The notes below the pieces were generated by a model that had not been told where the DNA came from, searched no databases, and saw nothing but the letters and a program-made list of their open reading frames with translations. A stretch of DNA of 64,000 bases from an uncultured Clostridia bacterium (GTDB lineage Bacteria > Bacillota > Clostridia > TANB77 > CAG-508). Every line of letters begins with the position of its first letter. The first letter of the stretch is position 1. A program made the position numbers and the translations under genes. Of this stretch, positions 11,653 to 22,682 are shown piece by piece. The DNA lies in assembly GCA_944391955.1 (NCBI GenBank), contig CALXVG010000004.1, forward strand, positions 9,625 through 73,624, read 5' to 3'.

Positions 11653-12135
11653 TTATAATTCTAGTGTTATATTTTTTCCTGAAGGTTGATATTGTCTATA
11701 TTTCACATTGCTCATTTCAAGCATTTTTTTTGAAACTTTAGTTGCTTCTGTATCCGCATATTTATCTGATTTATATATTACTTCTTTTATTCCTGATTGG
11801 ATTATTGCTTTTGCACATTCATTACATGGAAATAAAGTAACATATATTCTGCTGTTTTTTAATGTTGTACCTGTATAATTTAGTATGGCATTTAGTTCGC
11901 CATGGCATACATATGGATATTTAGTTTCTGCAAATTCTCCTTCTCTTTCCCATGAAATTTCATCATCTGAACATCCTCGTGGAAATCCATTGTATCCTAT
12001 TGATAAAATTTTATTATCTTCACTTACTATACATGCTCCAACTTGAGAATTCGGATCTTTACTACGTTCACATGAAAGTAATGCTATTCCCATAAAATAT
12101 TCTTCCCAGTCTATATAATTTTTTCTTTTTGGCAT
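11653..12135 (-). CDS. dCMP deaminase
   Basis: RSKDP, GYNG, HGELNAI, PCNEC. Confidence 0.93.
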   Translation of the reverse strand: MPKRKNYIDWEEYFMGIALLSCERSKDPNSQVGACIVSEDNKILSIGYNGFPRGCSDDEISWEREGEFAETKYPYVCHGELNAILNYTGTTLKNSRIYVTLFPCNECAKAIIQSGIKEVIYKSDKYADTEATKVSKKMLEMSNVKYRQYQPSGKNITLEL

Positions 12136-12153
12136 ATTATCTTCCTTTTCTGT

Positions 12154-13542
12154 TTATATTTTTTCTATTACTGTTCCTTCTTTTGTGTCTTTAACTGAAT
12201 ATCCTTTTTCTTGAATTTCATTTCTTATTTCATCAGCTAAATTCCATTCTTTATTTGCTTTTGCTGTTTTTCTTTTTTCTACAAGTTCTAATATTTCTGT
12301 TGGAATTTCTTCTGTCTTTTTTTGAATTGGTTCATCAATTTTTATTCCTAAAACCTTATCAAAATCTAATAATAAATTTGCAAATTTTTGAGATTTATTA
12401 GGATTTTTTACTATATCCCATACAACACTCATTGCTACTGGCATATTCAAGTCATCATTAATTGCTTCCAAAAATTTATTTTTATATTCTTCTATTTCAC
12501 TATCACTTACTTCTACTGTTCCACCATTATGTTTAGCATATCCTTCTTTTAGCTTTATTAAAGAATTTTGAGCATTTTCTAGTCCTTCCCATGTGAAGTT
12601 TAATTTGTTTCTATAATGAGATGTAAAACATAACATCTTATATGCTAGTGGGTCATATCCTCTATCTATTATATCTTGAACTAGATATGTGTTTCCTAAA
12701 CTCTTAGACATTTTACCACCGTCTATTAATAAGAATTCGCAATGCATCCAAAATCTTGCTGGTATTTTACCAGTTGCTCCTTTACTTTGAGCAATTTCAT
12801 TCTCATGGTGTGTTGGAACTAAATCAATTCCACCTGTATGAATATCAAATTGTTCTCCTAAGTATTTATTGCTCATTGCAGAACATTCTATATGCCATCC
12901 TGGATAGCAAAGTCCCCAAGGACTTTCCCATTTCATTATATGATTTTCGGGAGCTTTAATCCAAAGTGCAAAATCATATGGATTTTTCTTTTCTTCATCG
13001 ACTTCAACTCTAGCTCCTGCTCTTTGTCTTCTTAAATCAATTCCTGATAATATTCCATAAGCATCTAGCTTAGAAACATCAAAGTAGATTGCAGTTGATG
13101 TTTCATAAGCATATCCATTTTCCATTAATTTTTCAACAAACTTTAGCATATCATCTATATGCTCTGTTGCTTTACATATAATTTCTGGCTTATCTATATT
13201 TAGTCTTTCAAAGTCTTTAAAAAATCTTTCTGTATAAAATGCTGCTATTTCCAATGGAGATTTTTTTTCTTCTCGTGCAGCTTTTAACATTTTATCTTCA
13301 CCTTCATCTCCATCAGATACTAAATGTCCAACATCTGTAATGTTCATGGCATGTTGTAACTCGTAACCATTATATCTTAATGCTCTTCTTAATGTGTCCA
13401 TAAATATATATGATTTCATATTTCCAATAGTTGCATCTTTATATACAGTTGGTCCACAGCTATATATTCTAACTGTTTTTTTGTCTATTGGTTCAAATAT
13501 ATCTTTTGTTTTCGTCAAAGTGTTATAGAATTTTATCTCCAA
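12154..13542 (-). CDS. cysS: Cysteine--tRNA ligase
   Basis: YSCGPTVY, WHIECSAM, HHENEIAQS, KMSKSLGN. Confidence 0.97.
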   Translation of the reverse strand: MEIKFYNTLTKTKDIFEPIDKKTVRIYSCGPTVYKDATIGNMKSYIFMDTLRRALRYNGYELQHAMNITDVGHLVSDGDEGEDKMLKAAREEKKSPLEIAAFYTERFFKDFERLNIDKPEIICKATEHIDDMLKFVEKLMENGYAYETSTAIYFDVSKLDAYGILSGIDLRRQRAGARVEVDEEKKNPYDFALWIKAPENHIMKWESPWGLCYPGWHIECSAMSNKYLGEQFDIHTGGIDLVPTHHENEIAQSKGATGKIPARFWMHCEFLLIDGGKMSKSLGNTYLVQDIIDRGYDPLAYKMLCFTSHYRNKLNFTWEGLENAQNSLIKLKEGYAKHNGGTVEVSDSEIEEYKNKFLEAINDDLNMPVAMSVVWDIVKNPNKSQKFANLLLDFDKVLGIKIDEPIQKKTEEIPTEILELVEKRKTAKANKEWNLADEIRNEIQEKGYSVKDTKEGTVIEKI

Positions 13543-13566
13543 AATCTTATCTCCTTTTCTTAATTA

Positions 13567-16278
13567 TTAATCCTCTTCATCTTCTGGTGGTGTTATTGGA
13601 TTTTCTGGTATAATCTCTCCACTTTCTCCTTCCTGACCTCCAGTATCATTTCCTGTTGTATTATTGCCTGACGTATTATTTCCTGTTGTATTATTGCCTG
13701 ACGTATTATTTCCTGTTGTATTATTGCCCGTTGTATTGTTTCCGGATGTATTATTTCCTGTTGTATTGTTATCAGTTGTATTATTGTTTGTGGTATTATT
13801 GTCCTCTTCTTCTGGTTCATCTGTTGGTTCTTCTTCAGGTGTAGTTGGTTGTTGCGGTGTTTTATGTATATTACATGTTTCTGTTATTGTTAACATATAT
13901 GCTGCATCTGCTGCACTTCTCCAGTTTCCTGTTTCACCTGGATCTCTTGTTATAAATACTTTTGAAACTCTATGTGTACAATAATCTCCTGCCAATAATC
14001 CACTATCTGTACAAATATCTACTAAAACATGACAAGTACAACTTGTTGTAGGCTCTGTACCTTTTACAAAATATTCTGTATATACTTGACTACCCCTTGG
14101 ATCATTTCTACATAAATCTGTTGCAAGTAATCCTGAAGATTTGCATACCTGTCTTGTAGTTACTCCATTTGGTTGTGTGTCAGAAAATCTAGCTGCTGGC
14201 AAGCCTTCATGTATTTGTTCCATTACAGCATCCCAAACTCTTCCTGCTGGATTTCCAGATGCCCAATATACTGTTTCTGGTGAATCAGTATCAGTATTAT
14301 CAAATCCAAACCAACAAGTAGCTGTATAGTATGGTGTAAAACCACAGAACCATCTATCTGCATCATCTTGGCTTGTTCCTGTTTTAGCGGCTACACTTAT
14401 TCCAGAAAGTGCTGTATATCCTCCTGCTCCTGATCTTACAACTTCAGTTAAAACTTCTTTTACAACATATGCTGCTGCTGAAGACATAACTGTTCTTGTT
14501 TCTTGTTGTGCTGTTAATACTGTATTTCCTTCTGAATCTACTACTTTTGTATAGAAAGTAGGTTCAATATATACACCATCATTTGCTAATGCTGAATATG
14601 CTCCTGCCATTTCTAATGGACTAACACCATTTGTCATTCCACCTAATGTAAGTACCATTGTTGCATCTCTTTCATCGTCCAATGTTGTTATTCCTACACT
14701 TTTTAAGAAATCCATTGAAGTTTGTATTCCAATTCTGTTAATTCCTTTTAACATTGGTATATTTTGTGATGCTGCTATTGCATATCTTACTGTTATTAAT
14801 CCTTTATATGCATATCCATAATTTTTAAATCCTGCATATTGCCCAGAAGAATAACTAATATCGTCAAATACTGTTGCTGCTGTTATAATTCCTTTATCAA
14901 TACCCGGTGCAACAACTGCTAGTGGTTTTATTGATGAGCCTGTTGATCTAGTCATTTGAGTTGCTCTGTTATATCCAAATACTGTTGTTTTTTCTCCTAT
15001 TCCACCTATTGTTGCTAAAACATATCCTGTTTTGTGATCCATTAGAACCATAGCTGCTTGACACTTTTGATAATTTCCGTCTGCATCTAATTGATATTTT
15101 GAATAAATAACATATTTATCTTTTTTAACTTCTTCTTCCATTAAGTTTTGGATTGTTGTGTTTTGTGTTGTATATATTGTTAATCCTCCACTTTTTACAT
15201 AATAATCAATATACTCATCTGTCCAATCACTATGTACTTCTTTTAAATCCTTTTTAACTTGATTTATAGCTGCTTCTGTATGATATGAATATTGATTATT
15301 TATTATTGCACCTTGAGTAAATACTATTCCAGTTGTTTCTAACTCTTGAATTGCTGCATCATATTCTTCTTTTGATATACCAGCCTTATGGTCTGGTCCT
15401 AATTCATACATTTTGTCTAATACTATTCTTACTCTTCTGGTAATTTTATCTTTGTCTCCTTGTTCTTCTGAGAATGGTTCATAGTAGTTTGGTCCATCAT
15501 TTATTCCTGCTAAAAATGCTGCTTCAATTAAAGTTAAATCTTTAGCATTTTTGCTAAAATAATAATTTGATGCAACTTCAACACCATAAGCCTTATCCCC
15601 TAAAAACACCATATTTAAGTATAATTCTAGTATTCTATCTTTTGATTGCAATTCTTTTTCTAAGTAATACGCTCTTGCAATTTCTTTAATTTTTCTTTCG
15701 GCAGTTCTTTCATCTTCTTCGGTTAAATTTTTTACTAATTGTTGTGTTATTGTACTTCCTCCATAATCTGCTGTACCTATTCCAACTTTGCTTAAAAGAT
15801 ATTTTACCGTAGCAGATGAAGTTCTTTTTATATCTACACCTTCATGCTCATAAAATCTTTCATCTTCTATTGCAACAAAAGCTTTTCTGATATATTGAGA
15901 CATATCTTCAAGTTTAATAACCTTTCTATTCTCATCTCCACTTAGTTCTGTAATTAAGTTACCATCTATATCCATTATTTTAGAATTTTCATATCTTATT
16001 ACTATGTCTTCCATACTAAGCTTTGCTGATTTAAAAATTCCATACACTTTTCCAACAATAATTCCTGCCACAATAATTATTATCAATAACAATACTAATA
16101 ATGTTATTTTAATAATTTTTTTAGCTTTACTGCGTTTTTTTATTTTATATTTTTTTGTTTTAGCTAAGTCATTATTTTCTATAACATTTTTTTCTTTTAC
16201 TTTTTTATCATTTACATTTTTATTTTTTACTTTTTTAGCTGTTTTAGATTTATTGTTTTTTGGTTTATTTGTATCCAT
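13567..16278 (-). CDS. Class A penicillin-binding protein (PBP1A-like transglycosylase/transpeptidase)
   Basis: EDERFYEHEG, GGSTITQQL, GSSIKP, SQN, KTGT. Confidence 0.95.
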   Translation of the reverse strand: MDTNKPKNNKSKTAKKVKNKNVNDKKVKEKNVIENNDLAKTKKYKIKKRSKAKKIIKITLLVLLLIIIIVAGIIVGKVYGIFKSAKLSMEDIVIRYENSKIMDIDGNLITELSGDENRKVIKLEDMSQYIRKAFVAIEDERFYEHEGVDIKRTSSATVKYLLSKVGIGTADYGGSTITQQLVKNLTEEDERTAERKIKEIARAYYLEKELQSKDRILELYLNMVFLGDKAYGVEVASNYYFSKNAKDLTLIEAAFLAGINDGPNYYEPFSEEQGDKDKITRRVRIVLDKMYELGPDHKAGISKEEYDAAIQELETTGIVFTQGAIINNQYSYHTEAAINQVKKDLKEVHSDWTDEYIDYYVKSGGLTIYTTQNTTIQNLMEEEVKKDKYVIYSKYQLDADGNYQKCQAAMVLMDHKTGYVLATIGGIGEKTTVFGYNRATQMTRSTGSSIKPLAVVAPGIDKGIITAATVFDDISYSSGQYAGFKNYGYAYKGLITVRYAIAASQNIPMLKGINRIGIQTSMDFLKSVGITTLDDERDATMVLTLGGMTNGVSPLEMAGAYSALANDGVYIEPTFYTKVVDSEGNTVLTAQQETRTVMSSAAAYVVKEVLTEVVRSGAGGYTALSGISVAAKTGTSQDDADRWFCGFTPYYTATCWFGFDNTDTDSPETVYWASGNPAGRVWDAVMEQIHEGLPAARFSDTQPNGVTTRQVCKSSGLLATDLCRNDPRGSQVYTEYFVKGTEPTTSCTCHVLVDICTDSGLLAGDYCTHRVSKVFITRDPGETGNWRSAADAAYMLTITETCNIHKTPQQPTTPEEEPTDEPEEEDNNTTNNNTTDNNTTGNNTSGNNTTGNNTTGNNTSGNNTTGNNTSGNNTTGNDTGGQEGESGEIIPENPITPPEDEED
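13646..13800. repeat. 15-bp tandem repeat encoding (NNT[T/S][G/D/N])n in the PBP tail
   Basis: ttatttcctgttgta / ttattgcctgacgta units. Confidence 0.9.
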
Positions 16279-16357
16279 ATACTACCTCCTATACAATAAT
16301 ATACATCTAAGATATTATATTACATTTAATTATAAAATTCAAGAAATTATGACTTAT

Positions 16358-17220
16358 TTAAAAATCTTCCAAAATATCTCTGATATCTGTAGTTATTTTA
16401 GCCCCTTGCTTTATCAATTCATTTGTACCTTTAGATGTTATACTAAAAATATTTCCGCGGTATTGCATAAACATTTTTTCCTTGTTCTAATGCAAAATCT
16501 ACAGTTATAAAAGTTCCACTTTTAGTGCTAGCTTCTATTACTAAAATCCCATTAGATAGTCCGCTTATAATTCTATTTCTAGCTGGAAAATTCTCTTTTT
16601 CTGGTTTTGTACCAACAATATATTCTGATACAATAGCACCATTTTTTTCTATAATTTTATTTAGTACATTTCTATTTTCATTTGGATATACTATATCCAA
16701 ACCAGAACCGTAATACTGTAATTGTACTGTTTTCTATTTTTAGTGTTCCAATATGTGCATTTATGTCAATTCCTCTAGCTAATCCACTTATTACAATAAT
16801 ATTATTTTTTGCTAATTCATATGCAAATTTTCTTGATGCAAATTCTCCATAGCTACTACAATTTCTACTTCCTACTATTGCAATTGACCTTTTATTTAAA
16901 ATATTTATATTTCCCTTAACATATAGCACAACTGGTGGGTCATATATATTTTTTAATTTTTCTGGATATTTTTCATCTTTTATTGATATTAAAGATATTT
17001 TATTTTTCTCCATATATTCAATATATTTTGCTAAGTTTTCTCTATATGTTTTATCTAAAATAATATTGATTTGGTTTTCTGTTAAAAATTTATTTTTTGC
17101 TAGTTCTTTTTTAGATAGTTTCCATATTTTTTCTGGTTCTTTATATGTTTCTAATAATCTTTTTTGATTTATTGCACCAATTTTATAAATTCGTGAGAGC
17201 CACACCCAGTATTTATTCAT
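16358..17220 (-). CDS. dprA: DNA-processing protein DprA, 286 aa when two +1 shifts at CGG (16708-16710, 16455-16457) are applied
   Basis: YDPPVVLYVKG, AIVGSR, SGLARGID, VL[c]GSGLD, FPARNRIISGLS, IP[c]GNIFS, KGTNELIKQGA spread over three frames; stop at 16358. Confidence 0.9.
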
Positions 17221-17265
17221 AGTTATTTCAACCCTTTCTTTTTTTGTAGCCCTCATAATATATAA

Positions 17266-18111
17266 TTAATTTTGTTGTTTTGTTGCTTTTACAACATTGT
17301 TCATAAGCATAGCAACTGTCATTGGTCCAACTCCTCCTGGAACTGGTGTTATACTACTTGCTATGTCTTTCACAGTTTCAAAATCTACATCTCCACATAC
17401 TTTTCCTTCAGAGTTTCTATTTATTCCTACATCTATTACTACTGCACCTTCTTTAACCATATCTTTTGTTACAAATTTAGGTCTTCCAATTGCAGAAACT
17501 AAAATATCAGCTTTTTTTGTGATTTCTTTTAGATTTTTTGTTTTGGAATGACATATAGTAACAGTTGCATTTTTGTTTAATAAGCATTGCAGCATTGGTT
17601 TTCCTACTATATTGCTTCTTCCAATTACAACTGCATTTTTTCCTTCTATTGGAATATTGTATTCTTCTAAAATTTTTATTATTCCAAATGGAGTACATGA
17701 TATGAAGGTATTTTGAGCCAATACGAGTTTTCCAACATTTACAGGATTAAATCCATCAACATCTTTTTCTGGTGAGATTCTTCTAAATGCTTCATTAATA
17801 TCTAAATTGCTAGGAATTGGGCTTTGTAGCAATATACCATTTATTTTTTTATCATTATTTAATTCATCTATTAAGCCTAATAATTCTTTCATTGTTGTTT
17901 TTTCAGATAATAAATGTTCTTCAAATTCTATTCCTACTTCATCACAAGCTTTGCTTTTGTTTCTTACATATATTTTTGAAGCATTATCATCTCCAACCAT
18001 AATAACAGCAAGCCTTGGCACTATCCCACTTTTTCTTAATTCTAAAACTTCAGTTTTTAATCCTTCTCTTACTTTTCTTGCAGTTTCTTTTCCATCTAAA
18101 ATTATTGCCAT
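17266..18111 (-). CDS. folD: Methylenetetrahydrofolate dehydrogenase/cyclohydrolase
   Basis: KDVDGF, CTPFG, GRSNIVGKP, PVPGGVGPMT. Confidence 0.97.
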   Translation of the reverse strand: MAIILDGKETARKVREGLKTEVLELRKSGIVPRLAVIMVGDDNASKIYVRNKSKACDEVGIEFEEHLLSEKTTMKELLGLIDELNNDKKINGILLQSPIPSNLDINEAFRRISPEKDVDGFNPVNVGKLVLAQNTFISCTPFGIIKILEEYNIPIEGKNAVVIGRSNIVGKPMLQCLLNKNATVTICHSKTKNLKEITKKADILVSAIGRPKFVTKDMVKEGAVVIDVGINRNSEGKVCGDVDFETVKDIASSITPVPGGVGPMTVAMLMNNVVKATKQQN

Positions 18112-18183
18112 ATTTTTCCTCCATACATTTTTGCCTTTATTATATCATTATATTTCAAAAAGTCTATAATTTAGCTTAAAATT

Positions 18184-18212
18184 TTGCGAATTTTGTATGA
18201 AAGTGCTATAAT
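18184..18212 (+). promoter_or_regulatory. Sigma-A promoter of the orphan gene
   Basis: TTGCGA-17 bp-TATAAT with extended TG. Confidence 0.7.
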
Positions 18213-18264
18213 ATATATGAAAGGCACTTTGTGTCTTCATATTAAATATAGAAAGGTTGATTCT

Positions 18265-18597
18265 ATGTCGAACAACAAAATCGTATGGCTGCTCGAAGAA
18301 GCAGCGGCACAAGCCCAGTTCCAGATTCGTCTGCAGATCCCCCGTGATGTAATTCGGAAGATTGATGCGGAAACTGGTATCCGCGTTTCCGTTATTGACG
18401 AGAAGGATAGTCAGGAGGCTTTGTGCAATCTCGATTGGGCTCAGCCATTTCCTAATGGCTTAGAGCCGTTACAGTCTTTCTATGTGAATGGGCTGAACGA
18501 TGAGTTCCCAGAGGTAGAAAATCTGGCACAGAAATTGTTCATCATAGCCCTTAGGCAACGCATTCGCACGAGCTACAACTGTATGTGCCTTGCGTAA
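18265..18597 (+). CDS. GC-rich orphan hypothetical protein (110 aa)
   Basis: GAAAGG RBS, ATG at 18265, own promoter and terminator; GC visibly far above background. Confidence 0.65.
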   Translation: MSNNKIVWLLEEAAAQAQFQIRLQIPRDVIRKIDAETGIRVSVIDEKDSQEALCNLDWAQPFPNGLEPLQSFYVNGLNDEFPEVENLAQKLFIIALRQRIRTSYNCMCLA

Positions 18598-18604
18598 AGC
18601 TTTC

Positions 18605-18647
18605 AACCCCCGCTCAGCTGTAAAGCTGGGCGGGGGTCTTTTATTTA
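18605..18647 (+). terminator. GC-rich intrinsic terminator between convergent orphan and fbp
   Basis: acccccgctcagct-gtaa-agctgggcgggggt then T-rich tail. Confidence 0.85.
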
Positions 18648-18657
18648 TACTGTGCCT

Positions 18658-20619
18658 TTATTTTCTTTTATTGTGTTGACTTATTATTCCATTATTATAC
18701 GCAAAAAGTAATTTTTCTAAATCTGCTATTTGTTCTTTTAATTCTAATCCTGTGTCTGTATCTTTTATTTTTCTTCTTGCAACTTCTTCTACTATTTGTT
18801 TTTCTGAATGTAAATCAGTTTCTTCTATAATTGCTGCTTCTCTAGATGTGAAAGGCTGATGTGCAACTAAAGTTAATCCATATGAATTGTATCTTAAAGT
18901 ATATCCAGCTATTCCAGTTGTTTTTTGGTATGCTTTTGATAATCCACCATCAATTATAAATAGCTTTCCATTTGCTTTTACTGGACTTTCTCCTGCTTTG
19001 TATTTTACTGGCATGTGTCCACTAATTATATGCCCTTCGTCTGGATTTATTCCAAATTCTTTTAATACTTTTATTGAAACTTGTTCATCATCTTCTAGTT
19101 TATAAAATGGATTTTTTATTTCTTCCCATGTTTCTTTTTCTTTTATATAATATCTTTCAAAGGTTTTCATTTTATCTTTGCAGAAAATAGGTGAATCTTT
19201 TCCACACCATAAATACCACATAAAATCTTTGGCAGATTCTTGTTCTTCTGAACCACTTTCACCATAAAAGGCTTTTCTTACTTTTTTATCTATAAAGTCT
19301 AAATATTCTTTACCTTTCATTATTTTACCATCAAATCTAACTGTTATAAATTCTCCAAATATGTCCATTGGAACACATCCATGAATTAATAGGTTATTAT
19401 TATAAATTTTGTATATATTACCTTTTGAGTATAGAAATTGTGCATGTCTTTGTAATTTTTCGCTATTTTTAAATCCTTTAGTTAATTTTTTTACAATTTC
19501 TTCTTCCTTTGGAGTTAGTTTATACGGATCTTTTGGATCAACTGTAGGAAAATAATTTTCTATTAATTTGTATGTATTTCCATTTAGGTTTATTTCACCT
19601 TTGTCATAATCTATTTTATCTAACAATAATCTGTCTTCCATTTTATATTCTGGATGTTTTTGTATTATTTGCCCTTCTAACTTGAATTGAATAATTGAAG
19701 CTGCTTGATGTGTTTTTGCTAATGTTATTTTGTCTGCATCTTCTGCACTTGTTTTTGGCATAAATATTTCAGATACATCTTTTGGGTATTCCTCTTTTGC
19801 AAATTCAGTTAATGCTCTTATATTTATTCCATAACCATCTTCTAAAATGTCTAAATTATTATATCTTGAACAAATTCTTATTACATTAAATATGCAAGCC
19901 TCGCTTCCAGCTGCTGCTCCCATCCAAATTACGTCATGGTTTCCCCATTGTATGTCTATTGAATGATATTTCATAAGCTCATCCATTATTATATGTGGTC
20001 CTGGTCCTCTATCATAGATATCTCCAATTATATGTAGATGGTCTACTGATAATTGTTGTATCAAATTAGAAATTGCAATTATAAATGCATCTGCTCTACC
20101 TAAATTGATTATAGTATCAATTATTTGTCCATAATAATCTCCTTGATTATCACTTTGAGTAGCATGAAGTAACTCATCTATAATATATTCATATTCTCTT
20201 GGAATTGCTTTTCTAACTTTTGAACGACTATATTTAGAATCTACTATTCTACATACTTCTATTAATCTATATAGGGTTATTCTATAAAACTCATCTAAAT
20301 TTTCTGTTTCTTGTTTTATTAATTTAAGTTTTTCTTCTGGATAATAAATTAGTGTGGCTAATTTTCTTCTTTCTGATTGTGTCATACTGTTTTTATATAG
20401 ATTATCAATCTTCATTTTTATTGCACCAGAAGCATTTTTAAGAATATGCAAAAATGATTCATATTCTCCATGTAAATCACTTAAAAAGTGTTCTGTTCCT
20501 TTTGGTAAATTTAAAATAGCTTCTAAATTGATTATTTCTGTACATACATTTTGTATTGTAGGAAATTTTTCAGATAATGCTTTTAGATATTTTAGTTCAT
20601 TTTCATTATACTCATTCAT
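18658..20619 (-). CDS. fbp: Fructose-1,6-bisphosphatase class 3
   Basis: NLPKGTEHFLSDLHGE, GDIYDRGP, QWGNHD, IDGGLSKAY. Confidence 0.96.
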   Translation of the reverse strand: MNEYNENELKYLKALSEKFPTIQNVCTEIINLEAILNLPKGTEHFLSDLHGEYESFLHILKNASGAIKMKIDNLYKNSMTQSERRKLATLIYYPEEKLKLIKQETENLDEFYRITLYRLIEVCRIVDSKYSRSKVRKAIPREYEYIIDELLHATQSDNQGDYYGQIIDTIINLGRADAFIIAISNLIQQLSVDHLHIIGDIYDRGPGPHIIMDELMKYHSIDIQWGNHDVIWMGAAAGSEACIFNVIRICSRYNNLDILEDGYGINIRALTEFAKEEYPKDVSEIFMPKTSAEDADKITLAKTHQAASIIQFKLEGQIIQKHPEYKMEDRLLLDKIDYDKGEINLNGNTYKLIENYFPTVDPKDPYKLTPKEEEIVKKLTKGFKNSEKLQRHAQFLYSKGNIYKIYNNNLLIHGCVPMDIFGEFITVRFDGKIMKGKEYLDFIDKKVRKAFYGESGSEEQESAKDFMWYLWCGKDSPIFCKDKMKTFERYYIKEKETWEEIKNPFYKLEDDEQVSIKVLKEFGINPDEGHIISGHMPVKYKAGESPVKANGKLFIIDGGLSKAYQKTTGIAGYTLRYNSYGLTLVAHQPFTSREAAIIEETDLHSEKQIVEEVARRKIKDTDTGLELKEQIADLEKLLFAYNNGIISQHNKRK

Positions 20620-20654
20620 AATACTCCATTCCCTTCTTTATTGTATCAAGATAT

Positions 20655-22613
20655 CTATTTTTCAAGTAATCCAGATAGTTCTTTGATTTTATCTCTAAGT
20701 TCTGCTGCTTTTTCAAATTCCATTTTACTAGCATGTTCTAGCATTTCATCTGTTAATCTGTTTATAATAGTTTCAACACTTTCATCTTCTGAAATCTTAT
20801 ATTCGGTACTTATTTCTTCTATTATTGTAGCTTTTATAGTATCTCGAATTCCTTTGTTTATTGTTTGTGGAGTTATATTATGTTCCTTATTATATTCCAT
20901 CTGTATTTTTCTTCTTCTGTTTGTTTCTTGTATGGCTTTTTCCATACTTTCTGTTAATTCATCTGCATACATTATAACCATACCATTTGCATTCCTTGCT
21001 GCTCTTCCTATTGTTTGAATTAATGACCTTTCTGAACGTAAAAATCCTTCTTTATCTGCATCTAAGATTGCAACTAAAGAAACCTCTGGTATGTCCAAGC
21101 CTTCTCTTAAAAGATTTATTCCTACTAATACATCGAATTCTCCTAAACGTAGATTTCTAATTATCTCCATTCTTTCCAATGCTTTTATATCAGAATGCAT
21201 ATAATTTACTTTTATATCAATACTTTTTAAGTAATCTGTCAAATCTTCTGCCATTTTCTTGGTTAGTGTAGTTACCAATATTTTTTCATTTTTTTCTGTT
21301 CTTATTCTGATTTCATTAATTAAATCATCTATCTGATTTAAAGCTGGTTTCACTACTATTTTAGGGTCTAGCAATCCCGTTGGTCTAATTATTTGTTCAA
21401 CTACTTGCTCTGTATGTTCCTTTTCATAATCTGCTGGAGTTGCACTAACAAAAATACACTTGTTTATTTTTCCTTCAAATTCAGGGAATTTTAATGGTCT
21501 ATTGTCATATGCTGATGGCAACCTAAATCCATAACTTACTAATGAATCTTTTCTTGCTTTATCACCATTATACATTGCTCTTACTTGTGGTATTGTTGCA
21601 TGAGATTCATCTATCATAAGTACAAAATCTTTTGGGAAATAGTCAAATAATGTAAATGGTGCTGAGCCTGGTTTTCTTCCACTTATATGTCTTGAATAAT
21701 TTTCTATTCCTTGGCAGAAACCGGTTTCAATTAGCATTTCTATATCAAAGTTTGTTCTTTCTTCGATTCTTTGTGCTTCTATTTGTTTATTATTATCTTT
21801 AAAATATTTTATTCTTTCTTGTAGCTCCTCTTCTATTGTTTTTATTGCATTTTTTAATTTCCCTTCTGATGTTACATAATGTGAATTTGGAAAAATCATC
21901 ACATGATTTCTTATTCCGATTGTTTTACCTGTTAATGGGTTTATTTCTGATATTTTTTCTATTTCATCTCCCCAGAATTCTACTCTTATTGCTGTTTCGT
22001 TTGTATCTGAAGGATATATTTCAACTATATCTCCTTTTGCTCTAAATGTTCCTCTTTTAAAATCTATATCATTTCTTGAATACTGCATATTTACTAATTT
22101 TCTTAAAACTTCATTTCTTTCTTTTTTCATTCCTGGTCTTAAAGATACAATTAAATTTTCATAATCAATTGGATCTCCCAAACCATATATGCAAGATACT
22201 GATGCAACAACTATTACATCTTCTCTTTCAAAAAGAGATGCTGTTGCAGAATGTCTTAATTTATCAATTTCATCATTAATAGATGCATCTTTTTCTATAT
22301 AAGTATCTGATGAAGGTATATAACTTTCTGGCTGATAATAATCATAGTATGAAACAAAATATTCTACTGCATTTTCAGGGAAAAGTTCCTTGAATTCAGA
22401 ATATAATTGTCCTGCCAAGGTTTTATTATGTGCCAACACTAAAGTTGGTTTTTGTATTTTTTCTATTACATTTGCCATTGTAAAAGTTTTTCCAGAGCCA
22501 GTTACTCCTAATAATGTTTGAAATTTTTTACCTTCTTTTATTCCATTAACTAGCTTTTCAATTGCCTGCGGTTGGTCACCAGTAGGCTTATATTCTGAAT
22601 GTATCTTAAACAT
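20655..22613 (-). CDS. uvrB: Excinuclease ABC subunit B
   Basis: [30 protein letters not shown]-terminal UVR motif. Confidence 0.98.
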   Translation of the reverse strand: MFKIHSEYKPTGDQPQAIEKLVNGIKEGKKFQTLLGVTGSGKTFTMANVIEKIQKPTLVLAHNKTLAGQLYSEFKELFPENAVEYFVSYYDYYQPESYIPSSDTYIEKDASINDEIDKLRHSATASLFEREDVIVVASVSCIYGLGDPIDYENLIVSLRPGMKKERNEVLRKLVNMQYSRNDIDFKRGTFRAKGDIVEIYPSDTNETAIRVEFWGDEIEKISEINPLTGKTIGIRNHVMIFPNSHYVTSEGKLKNAIKTIEEELQERIKYFKDNNKQIEAQRIEERTNFDIEMLIETGFCQGIENYSRHISGRKPGSAPFTLFDYFPKDFVLMIDESHATIPQVRAMYNGDKARKDSLVSYGFRLPSAYDNRPLKFPEFEGKINKCIFVSATPADYEKEHTEQVVEQIIRPTGLLDPKIVVKPALNQIDDLINEIRIRTEKNEKILVTTLTKKMAEDLTDYLKSIDIKVNYMHSDIKALERMEIIRNLRLGEFDVLVGINLLREGLDIPEVSLVAILDADKEGFLRSERSLIQTIGRAARNANGMVIMYADELTESMEKAIQETNRRRKIQMEYNKEHNITPQTINKGIRDTIKATIIEEISTEYKISEDESVETIINRLTDEMLEHASKMEFEKAAELRDKIKELSGLLEK

Positions 22614-22682
22614 TTTAATCTCCTATATTATTTAATAATTGCTGAATAATATGATACCATTTTTTACATATGTATGTCAATT

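Noticed and set aside
13646-13800. 15-bp tandem repeat as a separate element
   Set aside because: In-frame low-complexity tail, typical of class A PBPs.
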